The notes below the pieces were generated by a model that saw only the letters and a list, made by a program, of their open reading frames with translations, made no database searches and was not told where the DNA came from. A stretch of DNA of 63,227 nt, the filler included, from Saprolegnia diclina VS20 (lineage: Eukaryota), in NCBI RefSeq assembly GCF_000281045.1. It is 8 parts of 4 records of this genome, joined end to end, with 100 filler letters (N's around TTAATTAATTAA, not from the genome) between each part and the next. Parts side by side here need not be neighbours in the genome. Positions count along the whole stretch, not along the records: positions 23,524 to 47,383 come from NW_008246115.1; positions 47,484 to 55,914 come from NW_008246115.1; 6 more parts are not named here. One strand, 5' to 3'. The stretch's first letter is position 1; each line of letters begins with the position of its first letter. A program made the translations under genes and the position numbers. This document shows, piece after piece, positions 43,601 through 55,601 of this stretch.

Positions 43601-44059
43601 TTAGTTCAAAAGCAATGTGACGTCATAGCACGCACTTAGCGTCGTCAATAGCACGGGCGCCGATGCGATCGTCAGCCTGCCGTTGGCGGTCAAGTCGATC
43701 GTGAGCGGCCGTTGATTGCGGTTCGGCACGAGAGCGACAGCAAGGACGAGTGCATCCTTGTCATTGAGCCCCGTCCCACTCAGCTGAAGTGTCTTGAGGC
43801 CGCGCGCCATCCACGCAGGCAACGCCCGCGCCAGTGCCACGACGCCTTCTCTGCCGAGCACCGTGTAACTCAAGTGCTTGGCGAGGTCGACGACGGCGCC
43901 GAGGTCGCGGAGTGCGGCGAGTTCGGGCGACAGCGTTGCTACAGGTAGCGCGTTGAGCAAGGCGACGACGTCCGTTCCGTGCGCAGTGGCCTCGAGAATG
44001 GCGTGCAGCACGACGCTCGGCAAGCTCGGCGAGGTTGCGCGCGGCACGATGGTCGTCAT
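43601..44059 (-). CDS. Internally deleted RNI-LRR family copy (N-terminal domain fused in frame to the last LRRs)
   Basis: LSPELAALRDLGAVVDLAKH is joined directly to LSYTVLGREGVVALARALPAWMARGL; about 300 aa are missing relative to paralogs. Confidence 0.7.
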   Translation of the reverse strand: MTTIVPRATSPSLPSVVLHAILEATAHGTDVVALLNALPVATLSPELAALRDLGAVVDLAKHLSYTVLGREGVVALARALPAWMARGLKTLQLSGTGLNDKDALVLAVALVPNRNQRPLTIDLTANGRLTIASAPVLLTTLSACYDVTLLLN

Positions 44060-44159
44060 GGTGTGGCTTTTGCACTCTGCCACTCTCCGGATAGAATCCG
44101 GGTAGAAAGATGATATCCGGACTGAAATTGCCGAGCTGGGCAAGTTGCCAGTGGCAAAA

Positions 44160-44244
44160 TCATCGTTTCTCAAGTAAGTGTCATCGTTTCTCAAGTAAGT
44201 GTCATCGTTTCTCAAGTAAGTGTCATCGTTTCTCAAGTAAGTGT
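44160..44244. repeat. 21-bp perfect tandem repeat x4
   Basis: TCATCGTTTCTCAAGTAAGTG four times with no spacers. Confidence 0.97.
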
Positions 44245-44526
44245 GCAACGTTACGTCCAAACAACGGAAGGGAGCCGCGAAGAGAGCACCTATGTGCTCA
44301 ACACTTCAGCACGGTAAGTACGTGCGCTGGCGCAGGTGACGAGACATTGACACACCAGACCGCACACCGGGAACTCGATTCAAAAGATTCGTAGTTAGTG
44401 CAACACTATTTATGTCCAATCGATAAACAGCGAACAAAGATGTACCAAGTGCAATATATTGGTATGTCATAATGAGTGCAACGCACACGCGATCGCCAAG
44501 AACCGCACAAGCCATGGCGTGACGGC

Positions 44527-45919
44527 TCACAAGCTCAGCGTGACGTTGGGGGTAGTCCCGAGCGTCGTCGTAAGCAGCTGCACACTGTACGGCGTGAGCT
44601 CGTTGTCTGTCAAGTCGATCGCTAGATGTTGTCGCTTGTGGCTCGATACGATGGCGGCAGCGAGTTTGGCAGCGTCCTTATCGCTGAGGCCTGTCGCCCG
44701 AAGCGTCAAGGACGCTAGACCTCTCGCGATCCACGCCGGCAGCGCCTCTGTCAGCGCCGCGACGCCAGCTTGCCCCAGCGATGTTTCGCTCAAGTCGAGA
44801 GACGTCAACCTTTGCGAAGTCGAGAGCCACTGGATCAACGTGATGACGTCGTCGGGCGTCTCGAACGTCGCAGCCCGCACGGCGACAGTCGACAACTGCG
44901 CGCAGTTGCCGCTGGTCGGGACCGTCGACAGACGCAGCTTGTCAAGACACAGCGCTTCCAGCAACGAACACTCGGCGAGCGCTGTCAAGACGTCGGCCAC
45001 GGGCGTCTCGTCGTCATCATCGACCGGCGCAAGGTCGAGCGCGAATGAGCGCACCTTTGAGTGATCCAGCTTCATGAGCAGATCCCGCGCCAACTGGTCG
45101 CCGACTCCGAATTGGCGAAGAGAGAGCGCCGTGACATGGTGCAAGTTGCCGGCTGACGCCACCAAAGCGGCCTGGACGTCCACTGCTTCAACGAGGCGCA
45201 AGGACGAGAGCGTCGAGCAGTTTTGAATCGCGCTGGCAAGTGCCATCGGATCCCGCACCGAGTCGCACCCAAGTGTCAAGGACGCCGCATTTGGTCCTTG
45301 CAGCCATGCGACAATGGCACAGGCGTCGACCATGGGCTGGGCCCACGCATTGATATCAAGCGATTGCAAATGCGTGGCGGAGATCGCTGCGACGTACGCG
45401 GCAGTCGCGGCCGGCGAAATTTCGCTCACTATCGAAACAGACTGGACGTTCACGCAGCGCGCGAGGATGTCTTGGGCTGGTCGGACCTTGACGCTGTTGA
45501 CAGTGACGTCACGGACGCGGTCGCCCCAGGCGTACGCAAAGGCGATAAGACGTTCCAAAGTCTTTGCCGCTCACAGAGAGCGTCACGGGCATCGTGGTCG
45601 GCAATGCCACGTCGAGCCATGCCAGCGCGGCATCGCCAGAGCCCAATTTGATACCGGTAAACACAGGCAACGCAGCGATGCCAAGGCGTGCGTGCTGGAT
45701 CGGGATCTTCGCGACCTGCACGACCGGCCAGTGGTCGGCGAGGTTGACGACGGCGCCGAGGTCGCGGAGCGCGACGAGCTCGGGCGGCAGCGTCAAGCCC
45801 GGCAGCGCGCTCAGGAGCGCGGCAACATCGCGCCCGTTGTCCACCATATCGAGGATGCCATGCAGAATGACGCATGGCAGGCTCGGCGCCGGCGCGCGCT
45901 GGTAAACGCGCTTGGTCAT
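44527..45919 (-). pseudogene. RNI-like LRR protein with a +1 frameshift at about 45555
   Basis: ORFs 45509-45919 and 44527-45558 together align with 38042-39562 (AWGDRV, IVAWLQGPNA, IQWLSTS, LPAWIARGL). Confidence 0.8.
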
Positions 45920-46559
45920 CTTGTGGTCGACGATGTGAAAGGCTTTGTGCTGACGATGTCAACGATGTCAAGTACCTCTAAGAACAAATATATTTGATTA
46001 GTACATTGCATAAGGTTATGACGTGGCCGCGGGATTTGGACTCAAGGTTGATGGCGACCGAGATCTGTGACGGGCGCAGACAGGAGACAATAACGAGCAA
46101 TCGTTTGTATCTGAATCTGAAACGTCGATATATCGAAGGTTGCGACGAATATAGATGTGAAGAGGCGAGCACGATAGGCCCGCTTACGATTCTCAAGCGT
46201 GCAGGGCTTTTGATTGGCCGGAATAAATCGATTTGATTGGTTGCTTGGAAGCATGATCGGACGCAAGAGCCAATCAATGGTCGAGCTTCCACTAGCCGGA
46301 GGCGGGCAGAAGGGACCGGCATCAACGAACCATGATTTGCATACTACCGACCTTGTCGCCCAGTGCCTCACCCGCGGCCACAAGCATCGTAGGGCGACTA
46401 CAAAAGAGCAAGACGAGCCCCCGCGCCGCCGCCTGCGCGGCCCGGCGAGCGAATGAAGAAGAAAGAGATGGCTAGTCTCTACGTACAATGTATGCGAAGT
46501 CTTTGTAGCAACGAAGATAACGGGAAACACGTTGGGTGTGGTATGTTTGCTCGTGGTCC

Positions 46560-46999
46560 ACCGTGCGGCCCCTGACAATCACATGGGCCATGCGGTCGCC
46601 CCAAGCATACGCGAATGCACTTACTGTAGAGAGCCCGAGACTCTGGGGTCGATGACCAGCATAATAGGCATCGTGGTCGGTGGCGCTGCGTCGAGCCACG
46701 CGAGGGGCGTAAAACCGGTATCAATGTACACACCTCTGAACGCCGGTTGCGCAGCAATGCCGAGGTGGACATCTTGGATCGAAACTCTTGCGATATGAAT
46801 GTCCGGCCAGCCTTCAGCGAGGTGAAGTTTGGCGCTGAGGTCTCGGATCGCTACGAGCTCGGGGGGGTAGCGTCGATTCTGGTAGCGCTTTGAGGAAGTC
46901 AAGAATGTCGTCCATTTTAGGTGTCGCCTTGAGTATTGCGTGCAGAACCACGCTGGGCAGGTCCTGCGCAATGGGGTTTGTTGGAGGAGCTCGCTTCAC
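46560..46999 (-). pseudogene. Truncated, frameshifted RNI-LRR family copy
   Basis: DLPSVVLHAIL...STLPP, then a frameshift in the G7 run at 46861-46867 into ELVAIRDL...AEGWP, and a second shift before AFAYAWGDR. No ATG start. Confidence 0.78.
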
Positions 47000-47888
47000 C
47001 TTCGTGGATGCGCGTACGGCCCGGCTTCGTGGATATATTGGAACAATGGGAGTTACAACGATATCGGGAGCTTACTATCCGGATCGTACCAAATCCTGTT
47101 GTTTGACAGAGTTAATACCCACGCTCATCATCAGTACTGGTACAAAGTTGTACGGCGGGTCAGCTCTGTTTCCGCGCTTTAAAAACAGAATTTCAATCGG
47201 TCTGAAATATTCGTGGACATTTACCGCAAATGTACGATAGCGTATGCGGATACAGCTGGTGGTATGCGGATGTGTACGCGCCATGCTAGAATCGTGTCGT
47301 TTGATTCGACGCTTGAACGGTGCCGAGTTGGCCATCCCAAGGAACGCAAATTGCACCGTGAAAATGGACCTGAAATGTACGACNNNNNNNNNNNNNNNNN
47401 NNNNNNNNNNNNNNNNNNNNNNNNNNNTTAATTAATTAANNNNNNNNNNNNNNNNNNNNNNNNNNNNNNNNNNNNNNNNNNNNCGGGCAGTGATGTGATC
47501 CAGCGCGGCATCTGGCTCATCCCAGCCCCACTTTGCATACGATGCAGCTCAGGGACGATCAAAGACGATCGATACGGTGTATTGACAGTGTATCTACTGC
47601 ATATTGGAATGGTACATTTCCGACACTCTCCGTCGAAGCGCCATGTGGCCCAAACATATTGAAGCTTGGCACCAAACGACGCTCCGACTTGACTGCACTT
47701 GGATCACCAGGTGGGGCTTGGACGAGAAATGCGAGCGCCACGTCATCGTGAGAATCTGTCGTGTGTTCTCAGCAAGAGAGTCACGCTATGGCGATCGATA
47801 CCTTTGCAGCACGCTCGTAAAGTACTCTCCGCCAAGATCTAAGGTACTATTCGCCTCTATAGCAATACCTAATGATAGGTCGTGGACA

Positions 47889-49511
47889 TTATGTTGGACA
47901 AAAGCGACTGGTTGCAAGTTGCTGCCGCATCGCTTTGCTTCGCGCCCATGAGATTGCAACCGGCGAAAAGCCCTCGCGTCGGTGGGCCAAAAGAAAGGTC
48001 ACGACCTCGATGTGGCCTCGGACGATGGCACGGTCCAACGCTGCTGTCGTCGCTGGCGCTCCCGCCGCATGCAGTCGCTGGACGATCGCCAGATGCCCGC
48101 CGTCGGCTGCACCGTCCAAGGCAGCACTCGTGTACGGGTGTCCTTGCGCCAAAAGATAGGCGACCACGTCTTCGTGGCCGGCGCGCGCAGCGCCGTCGAT
48201 CGCGTTGGCTGTACCGACGTTGCTTTGATGCGTCAGCAAGAACTGCACAACGTTTAGGTGACCTTTGGCCGCGGATTTGTCGAGCGCTTCCGCGTATCCG
48301 GCTTCGTCCTTTCTAAGCGCGTGCAGGAATCGCACCACGTCGAGATGACCCTTGGCGGCTGCGTGGACCATCGCTTTGGCGGTGCAGCTGTCGTCGGTCC
48401 GGTGCGTGTGTAAATATGCCACAATATCGAGCGCCCCGACCTTGGCGGCCGCGTCGATCGCTGCTGGCGCACAGGCAACGCCCACGCGATCGAGAAACTC
48501 GACCATTTGAAGCGAGGTGCGCGCTGCGGCTGTCATCGCGTGCGCCGAGCACGTGCCAAGGTGGTGCGCAAAGGCATACTGTACGTGCGCGAGGTTGCCA
48601 GTGGCAACGAGAGCATCCACGTCGAGCGCCGCCGGTACGTGTTGGGCAATCAGAAGCTTATAGATCTCGATGGACCGCGTGTCGATCGCTGGCGCATCGA
48701 CTGGACGAGGGTACTGCGCGAGCAAATAGGTCACGATCGATGTGTGGCCTTCGCTGGCGGCATTGCGCAGGCTAACCGCAATATCGCGAGCGGTCCACTG
48801 CTGATGTGTCAGTAGAAAGAAGACCACGTCGGCGTGGCCGTGTTGTGCGGCGAGGTGCAGCGCCCGTGGAGATCCCACGACGCTGTGCGTGGCATGCACA
48901 AAGCGCAAGACATCAATGTGCCCGTGTGACGCCGCGTCGTCAACGCCTTTGGTCGAGCAAGGCTCCTTGCACAGATACCGAAGAACGTCAAGATGTCCGT
49001 TGCGACAGGCGCCGTCGATAGCCGCTTGTGGCCACGGACCTTGCCAGTTGTCGTATAAAATACCCACGAGATCCAGTCGCCCGTAGGACGCGGCCACGAT
49101 CGCCGTGCGCTGCGCGCTGCGAAAGCCGAGCGCGCTCAACGACGTAAAGGTTACGCACGTGCCGTACTTGGCGGCGCACGAGAGCACACTCGGAGCGATC
49201 GCGTCAAGGGTCAAAAGCTCAGAGCACTTGAGCGTGGCGTAGGTTAGTGCGAGGTCGCTCCGGCCAGTAAAGAGAGCCCAGTGCAGCGGAAAGCGCGCGT
49301 CGAGTGCATTGAGAAAGAGCTCGCCCGACCACACGTCGCGCTGCTCGTAGCGCAAGGCAAAGCAGATGCCGGGCACATTGACCCACTCAAAGGCCAGGTC
49401 GACCTTCCACTCGTGGTCCAGGCCCAGTAGAGACACCGGGAGGCCACTCTGGTACGTCGCCATGAGGCGAACAAGGCCGTCGTTGGTGAGCACAGAGATT
49501 GCTGCTGCCAT
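47889..49511 (-). CDS. Ankyrin-repeat protein (oomycete-expanded type)
   Basis: Intronless; many repeats such as AIDGACRNGHLDVLRYL, AMVHAAAKGHLDVVRFLH and ALDGAADGGHLAIVQRLH. ATG at 49511. Confidence 0.9.
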   Translation of the reverse strand: MAAAISVLTNDGLVRLMATYQSGLPVSLLGLDHEWKVDLAFEWVNVPGICFALRYEQRDVWSGELFLNALDARFPLHWALFTGRSDLALTYATLKCSELLTLDAIAPSVLSCAAKYGTCVTFTSLSALGFRSAQRTAIVAASYGRLDLVGILYDNWQGPWPQAAIDGACRNGHLDVLRYLCKEPCSTKGVDDAASHGHIDVLRFVHATHSVVGSPRALHLAAQHGHADVVFFLLTHQQWTARDIAVSLRNAASEGHTSIVTYLLAQYPRPVDAPAIDTRSIEIYKLLIAQHVPAALDVDALVATGNLAHVQYAFAHHLGTCSAHAMTAAARTSLQMVEFLDRVGVACAPAAIDAAAKVGALDIVAYLHTHRTDDSCTAKAMVHAAAKGHLDVVRFLHALRKDEAGYAEALDKSAAKGHLNVVQFLLTHQSNVGTANAIDGAARAGHEDVVAYLLAQGHPYTSAALDGAADGGHLAIVQRLHAAGAPATTAALDRAIVRGHIEVVTFLLAHRREGFSPVAISWARSKAMRQQLATSRFCPT

Positions 49512-51422
49512 GGAAGAAGCCAAAGAAGAAATCGCCGACGCGAATCTTGACGTATCTTTCGGCGCCTTTCTCGCGGCTGACACGCACGTGATTGGTCACC
49601 GCAAAACGGTTAAAGACACGTGTTTTTCGATGCCAGGAGGTTAAAAACGTTTTTTATGACAATAGGCTGCCGCGCGACCGGGTAAAGCAAGCGCCAGTGC
49701 TGAAGTGTAAACACAATCGCTTGGGCTATCGACGCTCTTGATACTTCCTGAGAGACACTAGGGTGGGCGACCTTGAAGTGCCAGCGACGAGCAATGTCCA
49801 CGAGGTGCGTGTTCTTAGCACTCTGCCCCTGACGCCAGGAATACAGCGTGTCGAGTCGACCTGGCGCCACACTTGCACTTTTTGTACTGCCGGGAGTATA
49901 CAAACTACAACCAGCTACCACAGGCCAGCTACAACTCGCTTCAAGCAGCACCTCGTCGCACATGCTTGCGCGGCGTTTCGCACGCGAAAGAACACGGATG
50001 TAACCTAGACCACGTCGCATGTCCACACACGTTGATGGGTGAATGGATGCCAATATCCTGCTCTCCACGCGATATTGCTCGTGCGTTGAAGTTGAAGGAC
50101 TGCGTTAAACATATTTAGCGTCATTGGGTTAAACGAGGTCAAACACATCACCTAGCCGGCGGCTGATGGCAATCCATCAACGCACGCACATCTGCCACGA
50201 CGCTATGATATCTTTTGATGATCTGCAAGTTGATATGCGGTGTCTTGTTGCCGCTTCCTTTCATTTCTGCTCGACCGAGGAACGTGATATTCAATCGTTT
50301 GCACCGAAGCTGGACACCTACACACGTTGGCTGCTCGCCGTGCTGGTATGCCCAAAGGGTACATTCACAACACCGTACTAGTACGTATCGAACGTCACAT
50401 ACCGTCAGAAGCTAACAAGCTCATGCGCGCTGATGCAATTCCAACGCCACCTCGGTCGTGGCACTTGCCCAGTGGTAGGAGGGTATCTCCTATGGCGCGC
50501 TCCTCTGTACCGTTGGCCTTCCGTTGCTTCGCGTTTTACACTATTTGAGGTCCGAACAACATTGTGCGCAAATGCTAAGCGCATTTGTCCGCAATCTTCG
50601 AATACGCGCAACCGGCGCGCTAGAGAGACAACCACCACGTTTCTCCATCGCTCCAGCAACACTAACGATGATGTTTGCCATACAAATACACTGCCTTGCC
50701 AGTCGGCACTGTAGCTCCGCGATTCGTGAGCTCGGCGGGTCGCCAGCCTTCCAACTCCGCGAGCGCGTGTGTTAGGGTTTAGGGTAGGTGTAGGGTTGAG
50801 TGAGCCAACGCATTCCCTTTGTTTGGACCGTTAATAATGTGGCCACAGACATGGTATCGAAGTCTTTTTACGCTACCGAGCTCTATGGAATGAAGTGACG
50901 TCGTTGTAAATAGCTACAAAGCTATAATCAGGACCACAATCGACCCAGGACTTTTCAAGCTGATGTCACTTTATTTTTATCATCAAGACAACTCTTGGGT
51001 TCTTGGCACGACACGACAGAAAATCGTGCGATCCAATTTCGGCGTGGCAATGCTATTATAGAAAATAGTAGTCTAGTAGCCTAGTATACGCCACGCAAAG
51101 TAATACTAGTACACTGTACAAATCTCCTCATCGTGATGTCGCTCCATACCAAGCCGCTGGTGTACCGGAACGCCACAAAAATATAGATCCTCGCGCATCG
51201 AAGCGAACGGGCCGCGCGGCCCTTTCGAAGGACAACGAGAGGAAGACGACTGGCAATAAGTCTTGAAAATCGGCTCCACGGCGGAGATCGCGTGCGTTCT
51301 TCACCATAGCAAGGTCTCGGGAGAAGCCAAGGACACATTGCATCTCTTAGCCTCACGGTCACCACCACCTATGGCCGGGTATGCCCAAGGACGTCCTTGC
51401 CATTTTTATTTTTGCCACGTCA

Positions 51423-52748
51423 ATGCCAGATCATTTACATTACTTGTTTCCGCTTGCGAGCGACGATCTGCACGCGGCCGTCACCGCCCTCGTGCCAACC
51501 CTCGAGAAGGGCAATGCGTCGCTCGCCGAGCTCTACCGCACCTGGTCCTTCTCGGATCGTGGCGCGTCCCGATTGGTGGTTCGCGCGTCGACGCTGCCCG
51601 AGCTTTTGAACGGCCTGCACTCGTTTCTCAACGGGTGTCCCAAGCCTGACGTCGTCTTCGTTGCTATGTCGGTTCCCGCGACGCCGCCGCCACTTGTCTA
51701 CATCTTCAGTGGCATGGGCGGTCAGTGGAATGGCATGGGCGCAACACTCTACGAAGTGTGTCCCGTCTTTGCCTCGGCGCTAACGACCGCAGAAGACGCC
51801 CTTCTCGCCGTCTCGGGTGGCTCCCGGTTTGTGCCAGCGATGCTCGATCTGTCGTCTACCTCGATGACGACCAACGCCGGTGCACAGGCAGGCAACTTTG
51901 TGCTCCAGGTGGCTCTTCTTGCCGAGCTCTCGTCGCGCCTAATTGCGCCGTACATGGGCGCGCTGGGTCTTTCCGCCGGCGAGCCCGCTGCTGCGTACGC
52001 CGCTGGAAGTCTCTCGCTCGGTGACGCAGCCAAAGTGGCGTGGACACGCCTCGTCATGCAAAATCGCGTCGCGGAGCATAATGGTGGCATGCTTGCTGTC
52101 CGAGCGTCCGCGGCAACTATCGCTCCGCTTCTGCCAGCTGAGGTTGAAGTGGCCGCGGTTCTTTCCCCACATCTCTCGACGGTGACGGGCCCCACGCAAG
52201 CGCTCGACGCGCTCCGGACGACGCTGCCATCGTCGATTGTGACCATCAACATCCCGATGCGAGCCGCGTACCACAGCAGCATCATGGAGCAAGCCAACAT
52301 CCCAGTCGACTTGGTCATGGCCCTCCAAGATCTGAGCCCACAGATCTCAGCACGAGCGCGGCACTTCTCGACCGTCACGGGCGACGAAATGTTCACGCCA
52401 GTGAATGCGGCGTACTGGTATGCGAGTGTCCGTCAGCCCGTTTTGTTTCAGAGTGCCGTTGAGTCAGCGCTGCGCGCCGGTGGCGCCGTCTTTGTCGAGC
52501 TCGGGCCGCACTCGTCGGTCGCGCGTGCGATCGACTGCATTGCTGGTGCGTCGGCGTCGTCGGTGCCAAGCATGCTCCGGGGCACAAACGAGCTCTTGCA
52601 GCTGGACCGCGCAACCATTCATCTCTATCTTCACGGCCACGCGATCCAGTGGCGCTACGCCGAGGCATGCGTGCCCAGCGTGACGACGGAACAGGCAGTA
52701 GCACCTCTCGGCGATGGAACACACCGTGTGGTCCCACTTGCTGCTTAA
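51423..52748 (+). CDS. Stand-alone type I PKS/FAS-like acyltransferase (KS-AT linker plus AT domain)
   Basis: VYIFSGMGGQWNGMG, GLSAGEPAAAYAAGSLSL, GGMLAV, AAYHS, YWYASVRQPVLF, FVELGPH and LYLHGHAIQW. The ATG at 51423 follows an Inr/FPR-like CCATTTTTATTTTTGC; alternative ATG at 51381. Confidence 0.88.
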   Translation: MPDHLHYLFPLASDDLHAAVTALVPTLEKGNASLAELYRTWSFSDRGASRLVVRASTLPELLNGLHSFLNGCPKPDVVFVAMSVPATPPPLVYIFSGMGGQWNGMGATLYEVCPVFASALTTAEDALLAVSGGSRFVPAMLDLSSTSMTTNAGAQAGNFVLQVALLAELSSRLIAPYMGALGLSAGEPAAAYAAGSLSLGDAAKVAWTRLVMQNRVAEHNGGMLAVRASAATIAPLLPAEVEVAAVLSPHLSTVTGPTQALDALRTTLPSSIVTINIPMRAAYHSSIMEQANIPVDLVMALQDLSPQISARARHFSTVTGDEMFTPVNAAYWYASVRQPVLFQSAVESALRAGGAVFVELGPHSSVARAIDCIAGASASSVPSMLRGTNELLQLDRATIHLYLHGHAIQWRYAEACVPSVTTEQAVAPLGDGTHRVVPLAA

Positions 52749-53192
52749 GCCACAATCTCAACTAAGAAGTAGCGAGGCGCGTTCTCGACCACCTCCACTG
52801 TGCTTGCCCTTGTGTAATGAAAACGCAGCGCGTTCGAGTCTTTGTCCTCATACAGCCTCGTTATCAACCTGCGCAAGCTGGCTGCGGGGCAGTAACGGCG
52901 CGTCGGTGACCGGTCTCACCGTAATGCTGCGTGGCGCCCCGTATTTTCGCCGCTCGGTTGTTGCTCATACAGTACTCCCTCGGCCACGTCAGCCAAGGCT
53001 TGACGACCTGCAAGGTGCGAGGTTGATGTGCATGATACCATGTGATTGCGTCATCCAATCAAAAAGGCAATTTCGCGGTGCCCTGTCAGATTCCAGTGAC
53101 TGCGTGTTTATATGGGCGTCGTCCCACTGTGCCCCGGCGTACCCCGTCTGCGGTTCCATCATCATCATTCCGGTAAAAATACGGGCGCTGGC

Positions 53193-55601
53193 ATGCGGGC
53201 GTGCAGGCTCGTGCTGGCCGCCGTTAGTGTCGTCGCCGCCAATGCGTCGCCCAAGCGGCAGGTGCTGCCCGTCGTGCTCATCCCGGGCCTCGCGTCCTCG
53301 CAGCTCCACGCGTGGAAGAACGAGCGCTGCCATGGCTCGATCGGCCAAGAGGTCAAGATCGGCGACCGTGCGTGGCAGCCTCTCGACCTTCCGTAGACTC
53401 ACAATGCGTAGGCATGTGGATCGACGTCGGTCGCCTCTTGAGCCAGACCGACTGCTGGGAGCGCTGCATGAAGCTGCACACGCGCAACCAGTCGGACATT
53501 GCGTGCAAGCTCCGGTACACGCGCTTGCTTTGGCGTATCCTCTCATGACGTTTCTAGCGCGGGCGATGGCATCTCGGCGATCACGGAGCTCGCACCGGGC
53601 CTCGTCACGGGCCCGCTCTCGGTCGTGTGGCGGCACGTGATCGAGACGCTCACCGGGCATTTCGACATGGGACCGCACCAGCTCATGGTCGCAGCGTACG
53701 ACTGGCGCCTCCCGCCGTCCATGCTGCAGGAGCGCGACCACTTTTTCTATACGATGCTCAAGCGCAGTACGTATATGCTCTCCTTGGAGTGCTTTGTGGT
53801 TGAATTGCGTTTGATTAGTCGAGGACGCGGTCCATTTGCATCAAAGCCGAGGCGTCGTCATCATTGCGCACTCGCTTGGCAACAACGTATTGCGCTATTT
53901 TCTCGCGTGGGTCAAGCATCATATTCACTTGACCGACGACGTCCACGAGGTGCCCCTTTCTGGATTTGTATCGGATTTATCGTAAATATTGCAACTAGGC
54001 GTGGGTTCGACGCCACATTGCCGCCTACTTTGCGCTCGGCACGCCGTTTCTCGGCAGCTCCGAGCCGCTCGAATGCCTCGTCACGGGACTCTCAGTCAAA
54101 ATGCCGCTCTCACTCGACACATACCGTCGCCTGCAGACCTCGCACGGTATGTCCAATCCTCGCCATTTTTTGTTTATCGTAGCGGATAATAGGCTCGACC
54201 CAGTGGATACTGCCGATTCCACGGACCTTGCACGACGACCCGACTGACGCGCAGGCGCAGCAAGTCTTTGCCTCGGTGACGTACCCTGGCGACACGGTGT
54301 GTGCTTTTTCCAGTATTTTCAATATTTTTAACATTTTTAATTTGCACTAGGTTGGCACTACAGTCACGCGCAGCTTCACCATGCGCGAGCTCACCAACGG
54401 TACCTTCCACCGCGCCATGGCGGCGCGCGACCCGACGTTCGAGGACCTTGAATACGTGCGGGAGCGGTACGCATTTTCCATCGTCGACTAGATTTTGAAC
54501 CTACCCCTAGGTACTACGCCCAAGATGCCGTGCTCAACGTGCACACGCCTTGGACGCGCCCGCCGATCGAATCAATCTATGTCATTTACGGCACGGGCAA
54601 AAAGGTACAAACCTGTTCTGTAGACCTCTGTAGTTAACAAATCGCTGCAGGTGCGGCATCGGTATACGTATACCGAGCGCGAGCGCGGCGCGTGGAGGCT
54701 CGACAAGCTTTTTACCGAGACGCCGGACGCGGCAACATGCAACAAGACGGGCGACGGCACCGTGTCCTACTACTCCCTCTCATGGGGCCACACGTGGCTC
54801 GGCGCCGACGGCGACAGCGTTCGAATGACGCGCGCGCCCCAAGCGCCGTACTTTTCCCGCCAAGACATTGCGCAAACAAAAGCGACGCGCGTCAAGTACG
54901 CGCAATACGAAGGCGGCCTCCAATGCAAGTCGTCTGCGTCGCTGGCGTCGGCCGAGACGCAAGCAATGCAGATGCACTACAACAGCGGGTTCCTCTCCGA
55001 CCTATGGAGCTCGGCGAGCGACGAGCCCAAGATCCATTTTTTCGAACACTCGGGCGTCTCGCCGACAGGCCGTCCCCTCCATGTACGCCCAAGCGACGAT
55101 ACGATAGCAACGAAGCCTCATGAGCAAATGTGTAGACAAGCGTGTGGGAGTTTGACCTGATCCAGCACCGTGAAATGCTGTCCGAACCAGCGTTTTTACG
55201 CGAGCTCAAATTTGAGCTGCACAACGTTTTTGACGGCAAGGCCCACACGGACAAGGTCATTTTGCATGGTTTGTTCGGCGCGGTGACGTAATTGTTGGTA
55301 GGCCTTTCGACCGCCGAGCCATGACGCCGACTGCTACTGGAACTACCGCCAAGCCCGCTGCGAGTTTACCGACTATTGCCAATACGACTACAAGTACGTG
55401 GGTCTGGTTCGGAGACACGTCTGATGTCTGGATATGACTAGATTTGGCGATGTCACGTTGGACCAGTCGTGCCGCGTGAAAACACCCGTGCGGCTCGCAC
55501 CCCACCCAAGTGTCGTGCTGCCAACAAGCATGCAGCAGTGCGACGCGGCGTTCCCGCACGTTGTCGCCAAGCGATGCTTGCAGTCCCACGACGAGAGATG
55601 A
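53193..55601 (+). CDS. LCAT-family acyltransferase, phospholipid:sterol acyltransferase-like, multi-exon
   Basis: PVVLIPGLASSQL, AAYDWRL, IAHSLGNNV (catalytic Ser), GDGTVSYYSLSW, IQHREML and C-terminal DCYWNYRQARCEFTDYC...FGDVTLDQSCR, as recalled for plant PSAT. Confidence 0.87.

Noticed and set aside
44160..44244. Possible CRISPR array
   Set aside because: Repeats are contiguous with no spacers, there are no cas genes, and the context is eukaryotic.
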